This document shows, piece by piece, positions 24,918 to 37,700 of a stretch of DNA of 61,194 nucleotides (position 1 is its first letter; the number at the start of each line of letters is the position of its first letter). The DNA comes from Ruditapes philippinarum (lineage: Eukaryota). The stretch covers positions 1 to 61,194 of the forward strand of contig NW_026861066.1 in NCBI RefSeq assembly GCF_026571515.1. The letters are read 5' to 3'. The position numbers and the translations under genes are program-made. The notes beneath the pieces were generated by a model. That model did no database searches. It was not told the origin of the DNA and saw only the letters and a program-made list of their open reading frames with translations.

Positions 24918-25781
24918 ACTAGTAATATGACGGTCACATGTTAGTTAAGTACCAGAAATAAACAAGTAATATATCAGCCATATACTAGTAATGTACTAGT
25001 AATACACCAGAAATATCCTACAACACAAAGGTTCAACACAAAAGCAAAACTTACATAATGACAAAAATGAGGAATATTGAACTACATCTCAGGGATATGT
25101 CTGATAATCAAATTATTCATTTCTTAAACTTTCATAAAGGCCCTTTATGAATTAATATCAACAACTTAATTTTTCAAAATTTGGTTTATAGTTACATGTA
25201 TTTCTTTTCTAAAATGCCGAAAAAAATCCCTGAAATTTCAAAGATGAAGGTTGTATTTAAAGTGCATACCAAACACTGTATTTATCAAGCTAGGCATACA
25301 TATATATATACATCTATTTTGGTTTAAATGATGCTGAAAGCACATAAATTCACATGGATGATGACTGCAAAGACAATGTCTTAATTCTTACATATATAAA
25401 ACTAGTAAAAATTGATGGGCTTAATATATTTTACCTAAATTTGAGAAATAATTCCCTTTTTTTTATTACATGTAGTTGTTGCTTTTTTTACAAACCTCAC
25501 AAAGCAAAATAGAGCATACATATCATGATTAAAAGCAAATCAATTGTCGTACACAGGTAAAAGCTTAACAATTCCGGGTATTTTATAAAACATAATATTC
25601 AAATAATATACTGGGCATAGTTTAAATTGATTGCTGTTAACAGTTTTATGTAAGGCACATTGTTGTTGTTTTTTTTTGGTAAAATCATAAAAGTTTATAA
25701 AAGGCACCATCTTGTCTATAATACTTTGGCGTTTTTTTTTGGCTTGCATGTTTTTTCTTCTCTCGCGAGCTGTTTCATCTT

Positions 25782-28700
25782 TTAGAAAGGGTCATTGAAC
25801 GTGTAGTACTTGTGATCCTTAGCTCTGAAACATACAAATATAATAAGGTGAGTTTGGTATAGTCAATGATTGAGTAAAACGTTAAAAATATCAGAAAACC
25901 CTGAAAACTTTTAGTTTAGTATTATTTCAATTATGTTTTATGTAGAAAAATAGCTTTCAAGAGTAGGAAAAATTGAACTTCTGGCAAATGCCTAAAAACT
26001 TCTACAAAACTTACACCTTGGTCTTCAATGATTCTCATTGGAAGCATTGGATTCATTTTTAGAGCTTACCCAACTCAGAACATGAAATGAGCCGCGTCAC
26101 GACAAAACCAACGTAATGCGTTTGCGACCAGCATGGATCCAGACCAGCCTGCCCATCCGCGCAGTCTGATCAGGATCCATGCTGTTAGCTTACAGACTCT
26201 ATTACAAGTAGAGAAACTGATAGCGAACAGCATGGATCCTGATCTGACTGCGCGGAGGCGCAGGCTGGTCTGGTTCCATGCTGGTCGCAAATGCACTATG
26301 TTGGTTTTGTCGTGACACGGCTCAAATTATATAAATAGATAACACAAGATTGAAATTATTACTTTATAAATTTTGAATCTTTTTACAATTTTCTCAAGTC
26401 TGATTTTCTTTGAGGCATGCAGCTTTAACAATATAACTGAAGTAGAATTGAAAGCAATGGCAAAGAGCCAATAATTCATTAACTACATACAAAAGGATAT
26501 TCAGATAACAAAAATTCAATTCAAGTTGACATTGGATTATCTGTGGCTTCACATGACCAAATCATAAATTTGAAGAAATTTAAGTTTATACACCATACAT
26601 TGGATATACATGGATAATATAATGGATACATAGAGGATATTTGTTTTGTTCAGTGTAAGATCGGAATATATTTCACCGAGTGAGCACCAAAAGGTATATT
26701 TCACGAGTGGCGCAGCCACGAGTGACATATGAACTTTTGGTGTTCACAAGGTGAAATATATTTCGATCTTACACTAAACTAAACAAATTTTCTTTTTATT
26801 ATATGCAAAGAGACGTTTTAATAAGACATTAAACCTAATACTGAATGAAAAGCGTGCCAAATAATAATACAACGTGACGTCATTTACGACGTCACGTCAT
26901 TAAGTTGGTTCCCAGTACTGTGCACGCTGGTATTTCACTGAAACAACGTAAGGGGCTTAAATTCAAAACAGTGAAATTATCAAATTGATAATTTCACTGT
27001 TTAAAACCAGTTTTATATCACTGATATATTTCTATAAACCACCGAAAAGCATGTAATAATATAATTTTACTTTAATCAAGTTTTCAAATTACTGTTGCTC
27101 AATAAACTAAATAACATAAAATGTTCAACAAAAATAACATTATCGCATGAATTCCCTTGTTTTTAAAATGTTATAACATGAAATTCTGTTTAAAATAATG
27201 GCTATTATTTAAGAACATATACATACATTGATAGCTACATGTATAGAATAATGTACAAGACACTCAATTTATCATTCCCTCCTTAAAAAGTATATATTTT
27301 CCCTTAAATATAAACCTTCAAAGTTCCTTTTTTTACATTTTTACCTGCCTTTATCACCCAAAAGCAATAAACCACCCAAAAGCAATAAACCATTAACAAA
27401 AAAATGAGTGTTATCACTATTATATGTATGTTAAGAAAACATTGCCCGAAATCCCCCATACAAGGAAAAACAACATGAAAATTTCCCTTCTACAGTTATA
27501 GTTAACCAAAATCACAGAGACAGCCCTGATGTATTATGAACAAAATCCAACCCAACATTCATATACTTTCTAATCCTGTTATTTAGTTGAAAGAAACTCT
27601 CTCCTGAACTGATTTCATGATTTTTTTTTTTAGTAACAACTCAGTACAGATTCTATAAATACAAAATAAATGAAAGTTGTGAAAAGCATGGAGGATTATA
27701 ATAAGTGTTAACTTAAACGGATACAATGTGATTACATATTTTATATTTCTAACAGCAGCAATTTTTGTTATACTAATTACGCTACAGGATAGTGAAATAT
27801 TAAAAGGGTGGGACTAACAAGCAAAGGTAAATATGATGGTACTTTTATACAGCAAGTTATATCACTTAATAAATTTGATTTTTAGTTAAAATAACTCATA
27901 CTCATATATACCTGCAGACATAGTTATGACATTTTAAACTACAACATTGACTTGCATGCAGTGTTTTAATCACTTACGCTTCTTGAGTTTTAAATCTGTA
28001 GTCTTTGTTTAAATCAAGTAAAAGTTTCATTTCTTCCGGGGATAGTTCAAAATCGTAAATCTGGAGAGGAAAACTGGATATGCTACATTCACCATAGACT
28101 TTATTTGAGCCGCGCCATGACAAAACTAACATCAGGCATTTGCAACCAGCATGGATCCAAACCAGCCTGCCCATCCGTGCAGTCTGATCAGGATCCATGC
28201 TGTTCACTATCAGTTTCTCTACTTCTAATAGGGTTTGTAAGCTAAAAGCATGGATCCTGATCAGACTGCGCGGAAGCGAAGGCTGGTCTGGATCCATGTT
28301 GGTTGCAAGCGCACTATGTTGGTTTTGTCATGGCGAGACTCAATTTTTATCCATACATAAACTATGGATTTAAACCCCATAACCTGCTGGAACTTGAGAT
28401 GATAAACCTTTGCCACCAGTACTAGAGCCCGGTCTACCTGCACATTTGTGCAGTCTGACTTGGCTCAATACTATTGGCTGACTTACTTTTAAGTTTTCAT
28501 CTTGATATCCCAAAAAATTGATAATGGACAGACCCAAAATGGATGTTGGACAAGTCCATTTAAGAAACTCAGCAGGTTAAGGGCTAACCACCACAGTTTA
28601 TTATTAACCAATGTTTTCATATATACAGTAAACCCTGGTTGTAGCAATTGGAAAGAACATATGTATTTTTTTGTAATCATAACAAATTAAAATCATAAAC

Positions 28701-31700
28701 ACTGTCAATATAATGTATTTTTGCTAATTTTGCCAGAGGGAAATACTTTTTATAATAACTGGGAGTTTGTAACATGTGTAACCATGTTTGCTAAAGACAA
28801 GGTTTACAGTATGTATGTTCTTGAACATACAAGCTTTCAACATGTAATAAACATGTTTTAAAACATCTTCCTTGCACATCTAGAGTTAATACCAAAAACG
28901 TTTTGTCAAGTGACAATGGCTGCCTAAATAATGCAAAATTTTGTATAACACAAAGAAAACAGGTATTTATATTACACCAACAGACGTACAAGAGCTTACA
29001 TAAGAAACTTAACCTTAAATTTATATATGTGAAAAGTGATGGAGCAAACATGTAGGAATGTTGAAAGCTTGCATAACTCGAAGACTTTTGATTACACATA
29101 TGTTGTTCAAACTTCTAGCATATTACACATAACTTACACATCTTCAGTATGTACACGCTGATCTCGATTCAAATTCAGCAATTGTTTCATTTCATCAGCA
29201 GACAACTCAAAATCGAAAATCTGGAAAGCAAATTTCTATTTACTTCCATAATTATCAACTTGCTTTTATCCAATTTCCATAATTATCAACTTGCTTTTAT
29301 CCAATTTCCAAAATTATCAACTTGCTTTTATCCAATTTCCATAATTATCAACTTGCTTTTATCCAATTTCCATAATTATCAACTTGCTTTTATCCAATTT
29401 CCATAATTATCAACTTGCTTTTATCCAATTTCTGAATTTTTTTATCTTGTACAAATATCTATGTACATCATAACATGTATCTAGATTCAAAACTTTGGTT
29501 TAAGAAATTATGAACACAAATACAAATCATAAATTCTGACACACAGTTACATGCATGCTTGATATTAGTATTTTCATTAAAATAATTATAATTAAATTAA
29601 CAACAATGTTATACTTAAACAGTTACTAAAACTGTTATAACATAAAAATTAAACAAGAGATGTCAGTATGATAAAATGCTTGACTATTCTCTGTGTTTGG
29701 TGTAAATAAAACCAGAGCCCCGATAATGTTGAATTTTCTATGCTGAAGAAAAGCCATTATTCTGTTAAAATGCTCATAATAATTATGCACCTTTGAGAGT
29801 TCCTTTTATGCTCTCAAATAAGTGTGTGAAGTTTCAATCCATTTCAATCATTAATTTTTAGAGTTACTTACTTGCACGAAAAAAACTTAATCAAAGTGTT
29901 ACGTTGATGCCAATAGCTTTTACTATTCTCTGAATTGTTGAGCTAATGAATGAAAGAAAAGTTCATATAAATATGAAAACTTATAAACTTGTACATGAAT
30001 TATACAGCACCTGGAAATTTTCTTGTATTCTTTGTGGCCTAACACTTTTTGGTACAACTGACAAACCTCTTTGTAAAAGAAACCTTAAATTCACCTGGAA
30101 AAAAAATCACAAAACAACTATTTCATCATAATCATGAATTGCCATAATTTATTTTAAATGTTCTGTAAATATACCTGTTGAAAATGCAGTCAATGAAATT
30201 TTATAAAGGAACAGTTCAAGAACAACTTTTTTTTTCCATTTTATTCTTAATTAAAAAAAAAAACTGGCTTAATATGGAGAATGATAGATCTTTGAATCTC
30301 TGACTATCAAGACATGTTCTGTTTGTCAACTTGATACATTACAATATATTAAGCCACTTCATTTGTGCTGGGATAAAAAAAAAATTTGTTTTTGTTTCAG
30401 ATTTGTGGCACAAGGAAAAGTTAGAAACTACTTGAAAAGATAAGTTTTTAACTGACAAAGAATTCAAAAACTTCTCATGTTAAAAATATTAGCGGTCTTA
30501 TATTAAATAGTGGCATCAATCCTTCAAAGTATAACCAGTGTTAAGTCACATGGTGCACGAGATATCTAGCAGAAATGATGTGGTCTACAAACCAACAAAC
30601 AGACTTATCATCCTCCAGTTTTCATCAACATATTTACTCATCTAACTCATCTATTTACAATAAATAATACAGTATGCATTAATCACATCTACACAGTTTT
30701 CAGTCATTCATTTCATCATTCAAGCATTACACCAAACAGAATACCTCATATCATCACCTTAGTGCAGAATTGAGTTAAGTCCTTCTAAATTTAATAGGAG
30801 TTATTGCACTAAGGTGACAATTTATGCATCATTCCAGAAATAAGCTGATGTCTAAGTAAAACCACTGATTTATTATTAGCTAGATTGATACCATTCTCAA
30901 GCTCTTGGCGAAAATCTGTCAGATTCTAACCAAAATCTAGGAGGGACAAGCAGCTTGAGGACCGAGAGAGCACCCAATTACAAATTACAACTTACCCACT
31001 TTCCCCCCCTGTAAGACACTGGTAAGTACTAAAGAAATGAGGTGCAATGCCTACCTGTGCAGGAGATTTATTTTTAGCTTTAGCAATTTCTAATAATACT
31101 GGTTCTTCCAAACACCTTGGTGGTGGCTCTCTGTAAATATATATACAATATAAACAAATATAACACTAATAACCTAGATGCTTCTCATGCCACCAGTGCA
31201 GACCAAGATCAGCCGTCACACTTGTGCTATCTGATCATCTGATCATGGTTTACACTATTCACTATTCAGTCAGTACTTATTTTGAAACTTTCCTTGAAAA
31301 TGATGAATTGACTTAAAGATGTTTTATGTTATTTAAAAACTAAATGTGTCAAATGTAAGATTTCCAAGAAAAAAAAATTTGAACCAATAACAACTCTAAT
31401 TTTTAAACAGATACAAAAATCAGAAATACAAGAAAATATATCTGAACCTATAACAACTCTAATTTTTAATCAGATACAAAATCAGAAATATAAGGAAAGC
31501 ATAAATAACAATAAATCTTTAACATTACACCAAGGTCTTTAAAACTTCTATTTGAAAGACCCTGATTAAACTAATAATTTCATTCACACAAAATTTGATG
31601 AAAGTAAGGTTAATCTAAATGTACATTTATTACATATACCGATAACCAAAATTAAGAGTAAAAACAATTTGCTCAGAAAAGTGAATCAGAAAAATAATTA

Positions 31701-34700
31701 TATTTATTGTATACACAAACTTACGATTTGTTTCCAGGTGAACCTAAAGGACCATAGGCTTGTAACACAATCCCGTTCTCTTGGCAGTAATTGTGTAACT
31801 TTGAGTTAGATAGATGTAAATGACACTCCACCTAGGTAATATAAACAATCATCCTTCACAAACATTTATGTAGTGAAATTCATAAAGTGATGCTAAAGTT
31901 ATAAGCAACAAAAGATGTCTGTAAGGCAATGTGCTCGACTATGCTATTCTCAGTTCTTTACAGTAAGAAAAGTCATAACTCTGTAAAAAGGTAACTCAGT
32001 TATGTGACATCATGTCAGATAATTACAGGGAACAAGTGTGTGAAGGTTCAACTCATATCATTTAACTCAGATATAAACCATGCACATATAAACTTATTTT
32101 AGATATAACCTTGCACATATAAACTTATTGGAGATATAACCTTGCTCACATAAACTTATTTGAGATATAACCTTGTACATATAAACTTATTTGAGATATA
32201 ACCATGCACATATAAACTTATTTGAGATATAACCTTGTACATATAAACTTATTTGAGATATAACCTTGTACATATAAACTTATTTGAGATATAACCTTGT
32301 ACATATAAACTTATTTGAGATATAACCTTGTACATATAAACTTATTTGAGATATAACCTTGTACATATAAACTTATTTGAGATATAACCTTGTACATATA
32401 AACTTATTTGAGATATAACCTTGTACATATAAACTTATTTGAGATATAACCATGCACATATAAACTTAACCAAAGTGTGACGGTGTCAAGTGTCAACATC
32501 CACTTGAGTACAACAGCTGTCCATATTCCACGAAAAGTCAAGCTAAATATCAGCAATTATTTTCTTCTATATATTATTCAATTATCAAACTTGACTTACA
32601 TAAGCACTGAGAATTACATTAAATGGAGTACAAATGGGTTCAAGCAAAAAATTAATATTTTACTAAAATCTTGCACTATGGCAACAGTTCACTGAAAACT
32701 GTTTCTATTTACAAGAAAGCTGTCTTGTATTATTACTTATTATTGCCATTATACAAATCAAAACTGTAAAATACCTTTTTAATTACTCTTTCATATCAGG
32801 TAATAGGGATAAATAATTTTGATTAATTAAGTGTACAAATAACTGTGAAATAAGCATCTTTATTTAGGGTGTTGTTTCTCATTCAAAACTTTGCTATCAT
32901 TTTTCAAATAGAGGGTTCAACGAGACATACCTGATTAAGTTGTGGTTTAATTCTAGCAACATCTAAGATACGCTGTATTTGTTTACTACTGAAGTTTGAT
33001 ACACCAATATTTCTAACAAGACCTTCATCTACACAATCTTCTAATGCCTGTAATCAAACAGATGTTAAATCTTTCTTGCCCTTGCATATATGAGCCGCAC
33101 CATGACAAAACCAACATAATGGGTTTGCGACCAGCATGGATCCAGACCAGCCTGCGCATCCGCGCAGTCTGATCAGGATCCATGCTGTTCGCTTACAAAC
33201 TCTATAATAAGTAGAGAAACTGATAGCGAACAGCATGTATCCTGATCAGACTGCAAATGCATTATGTTAGTTTTGTCATGGCACGGCTTACATATGACTA
33301 AAAAAACAAAACAAGCAAACATACAGGCTTCAGGGTTTTCATTTTTTTTTGAGGCAACAGATGTACAAACAAAAACAACCGATTTGGCCAACGGTCAAGG
33401 GAGATATTTTAATCTGCATGCCCAAAATACAAATGATTTTCACAGCTTTTCAACCAATGATATGGATTGCCAATGAAAACCCTGAGGCTAAGTCCACTTT
33501 ATCTCATATTATGCCATAATATCATCATATCAGTAACTCTAAGAGGTCTAGTGTGATAGAAATTACAAGAACTGTCAGTTAGACAACATTCCATTATTCT
33601 CAGTGCTCGACAATAAGAAAAGGGGTATAACTCTGTTAAAAGGAAACTCAGAATAGTGGGACCTGTGCTGATCATGTAAAATACTCACAGAGAACAAAAT
33701 GTGTGAAGTTTCAACCCATTCTCTTAAGTAGTTTTGGAGATACCAAATTACATGCAAAAAATTGTGTGATGTCAATGCTGGGGTGAATATAATAACTCTC
33801 CCTATTCTTTAAATAGTTGAGCTAAAAATTGAACTTTAGATCAAGGTTACAGCTCAGATTATTGGCAAGTAACTCTTTACTGAGCATATTCTGTTGAAAT
33901 TCTGCTAAAAAAATTAGGTAAATGAATGGCAATTCTTTTTTTAAAAAAATCTTTTTAATTATATGATGATTTTTTTAACAAGCAAACTGTCATATGTGAA
34001 ACTTATACTGTTGCTATTTTCAAGAGTTAAAATTTGAAATTCTGCAATAAAATTCTTGAAAGACTTGTTCACATTAACAAAACACAAATTGTTATGTACT
34101 TGTCATCCTCAACAATTGTCCTAATAAATATAATCAGTTCAATGAAAAAGAAAACGCTTTTCTTTAGCTTTCAATGTTGTTGTGTTTTTTTCCAACAATT
34201 GTCCAACATAAGATCACATGACCTTGGCTTTATATCTGTGCAATAATCTATCCACAAGTGCAGTTCTAAAATTAGAACATTTTCCAAGGCCAGACAAACA
34301 ACACATCTCCTTGACTAAATGTTACAAGATCAAGATGTCTACTGTCTAACATTCAAGTAGGTTTGTGAGAGACAAGCTGTCTTACAGAAGTAGAATGATA
34401 AAAATTTATCAGAAATGTACCAGATTCATGACAGCCACAAGGAGGAAAATAAGTTCAAAAGGATTAAATTAGTCTTAATTGAAATTTGGTCAAAATCAAG
34501 AGCATGTTTATAACAAGAGCTGTCCGAAAGACAGCACACTCAACTATACTAAGTGCTTGAATTTAAAACAAGAGGGCCATGATGGCCCTGAGGGTCGCTC
34601 ACCTGTATATAGGCCCCCCCAAAACCCCCCCCCCCCCCCCCCCAACGTTGCAGGGCCAATTTAACCCAAGGGCTTTTATATTTGCACAAAAACTTGGTAG

Positions 34701-37700
34701 ACACCCATAAGAAGATGTTTCATGCTAAACATCTAAGCTCTAGCTATTGGGCTTTTTAAAAAGAAATTTTTTAAAAGTTTTTACTATACAACATATAGTT
34801 AAAAACAATGACACCCCTGGGCCAGGACAGTTTTGACCCCAGGGCTTTTATTTGAAAAAAACTTTGTAGACACTTACTAGAAGATGTTTCATGCTTAAAT
34901 ATCTAAACTCTAGCTATTTGGGTTTTTTCAAAGAAGATTTTAAGTTTTGCTATAACACATATATAAAAATCAATGGACCCCCGGGGGCGGGGCCAATTTT
35001 ACCCCAGGCTTTTATTTGAACAAACTTGTAGAACATCTATTAGAACATGTTTGATGCTAAAATTCTTAGCCATAGCTCTTTGAATTCTTTAAAAGAAGAT
35101 TTTTAAATTTTACTATATGCATATAGGGAAAATCAATGACCCCCGGGGCGAGGCCAATTTTAACCCCAGGGCTTTATTGAACAAACTTTGTAGACACTTA
35201 TTAGAACATGTTTCATGCTAAATATCTTAGCTCTAACTCTTTGTTCTTTAAAAGAAGATTTTTTAAGTTTAACTATATTGCATATAGCGGAAAAATCAAT
35301 GACCCCCTGGGCGGGGCCAATTTTGACCCCCAGGGCTTTTATGTTGAACAAACTTGTAGACACCTATAAGAACATGTTTGATGCTAAATAATCTTAGCCA
35401 TAGCTCTTTGAGTTCTTTAAAGAAGATTTTTTAAGTTTTTTACTATATGCATATAGGGATAAATCAATGGACCCCCGGGGCAGGGCCAATTTTGACCCAG
35501 GGCTTTTATTTGAAACAAAACTTGGTAGAACACCCATTTAGCAACATGTGTTTCATGCTAAATATCTCTAGGCTCTATCTCTTTGGCGTTCTTTAAAAGA
35601 AGATATGGTTAAAGTTTTTACTATATTGCCATATAGGAAAAGTCAATGACCCCCCGGGCGGGGCCAATTTTGACCCATGGGCTTTTATTTGAACAAACTT
35701 GGTAGACACCTATATAATAACCATGTTTATGACTCAATATCTTAGCATAGCTTCTTTGGAGTATCTTTAAAAAAGAAGATTTTTAATGTTTTTACTATAC
35801 TGCATATTAGGGAAAAATCAATGACCCCCCGGTGCAGGGCCATTTTTGACCCCTAAGGGCTTTTTATTTGAACAAATCTTGGTAGACACCCATTAGAAAC
35901 ATGTTTCATTGCTAAAGTATCTTTACTCTAGCTCTTTGGGTTCTTTAAAAGAAGATTTTTAAGTTTTTACTATATGCATATAGGGAAAATCAATGACAGC
36001 CCCCGCGCGGGCCAACTTTTGACCCCAGGGCTTTTATTTGAACAAACTTGTTAGGACACCTATAAGAACATGTTTGATGCTCAATATCTTAGCCATAGCT
36101 CTTTGAGTTCTTTAAACAAGATTTTTTAAGTTTTTACTATATGCATATAGGGAAAAATCAATACCCCCCGGCGAGGCCAATTTTGACCCTAGGGCTTTAT
36201 TTGAACAAACTTGGTAGACACCCATTAAACATGTTTCATGCTAAATATCTTAGCTCTAGCTCTTTGGTCTTTAAAAGAAATTTTTTACATTTTTAATATC
36301 ATCATAGGAAAATCAATGACCCCCCCCCAGGGGCAGGGCCAATTTGGGACCCAGGGCTTTTATTTGAATCAAACTTGGTAGACACTCAAACTAGAAGATG
36401 TTTCATCGCCAAATATCTAAGCTCTAACTCTTATGGTTTTTTAAAAGAAGATATTTAAAGTTTTTTCTTTCGGTTGCCATGGCAACCAGAGTTCTGCATG
36501 GAATTAAATTCTTTGAACAATTTTTTGGTGACCACCAAAGGAACATTCCTGTGAAGTTTGGATGAAATTGGCTTAGTGGTTTATGAGGAGATGTCATTTA
36601 AAGTAAAAGTTTTCGGACGGACGCTGGACGGCCGGACGCCGGACGAAAAGCGATCACAAAAGCTCACCTTGTCACTTTGTGACAGGTGAGCTAAAAAAGG
36701 CATGACTCTGTAAAAAGGTGACTCAGTTATGGCACCTGTGCCCATCATTTAAGATAATCACAGAGAACAAATGTGTGAGGTTTCAACCCATTTCTTTCAA
36801 TAATTTTGGAAATACCAAGATGCAAGCAAAAACTTAACCTAAGTGTGATGGTGATGACAACCCAGGGTGAGATTAACAGCTCTCCCTATTCTTCTAATTA
36901 AAAGAAAAGCTTTATCATGACAGTGCAATCCTCTGTTTTAAATACAAATGTCATGTCATTTTATGGTTAGTGTATGAATCTATATATTTGGTTGTCTCAA
37001 AATGAGGAATATTGTATAAACCTTGATAAAAATCACACTTAAGAATCTTAATGGAAAGAATGACGATTACAAACATCAGGTGAAGTGCTGCATGCAAAAA
37101 AATTACTAGCAAAAATTACTTAGCTAAAATTATGTAACTTGTCCTTGGGGGTCAACTAATAATATAGATTTTGTTTTAATCTTGAATGCATTTGGATCAA
37201 TTGACTGTCATCGATCAATATTCAAACAATGATAAATACATGTACAATGTCAGAGATCTATGGTTTATGTTTTATAAAAATGGCCATCAGATTTCCTAAA
37301 ATTTGGCCAAACAACTTTTCTAAGTTAACATAATAGAAAATGCCATTATACCAAATCATTCATAGAAGAAGTGGAGTACTCTATTTCTGAAGTGAAGAAT
37401 AAAGCCATAAAATGATAATGTTTCAAGTAGATGCATTTTGCCTTACCTTCCATGTATCCACATAATCAACATCAGAAAATATAACTTTTCCATTTTCATC
37501 TTTAGGATAAAAATCTCCCCCTTCCTGGAAAGAATAAGGATAAATTTGCCTTATCATATTGTTAAATTTTTAAGCAAAATCTTTGTTTAAAGTGGAATCG
37601 TCTATAATTGGCACATTTTCTGTAAGAATCTCAAATATTGATTAAAACAATTGAAATGCATCATTAAGATATTCTTATAAAATATTCCTTAAAAGAAATA

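Larger units (their letters stand above)
23580..25015. repeat. Degenerate ~11-bp tandem repeat (CCAGTAATATA/CTAGTAATGTA) split by insertions
   Basis: Same motif at 23580-23818 and 24837-25015. Confidence 0.7.

Noticed and set aside
32068-32467. CRISPR-like arrays (31-bp repeats; also 29244 and 57826)
   Set aside because: Head-to-tail repeats with no unique spacers, no cas genes, eukaryotic context
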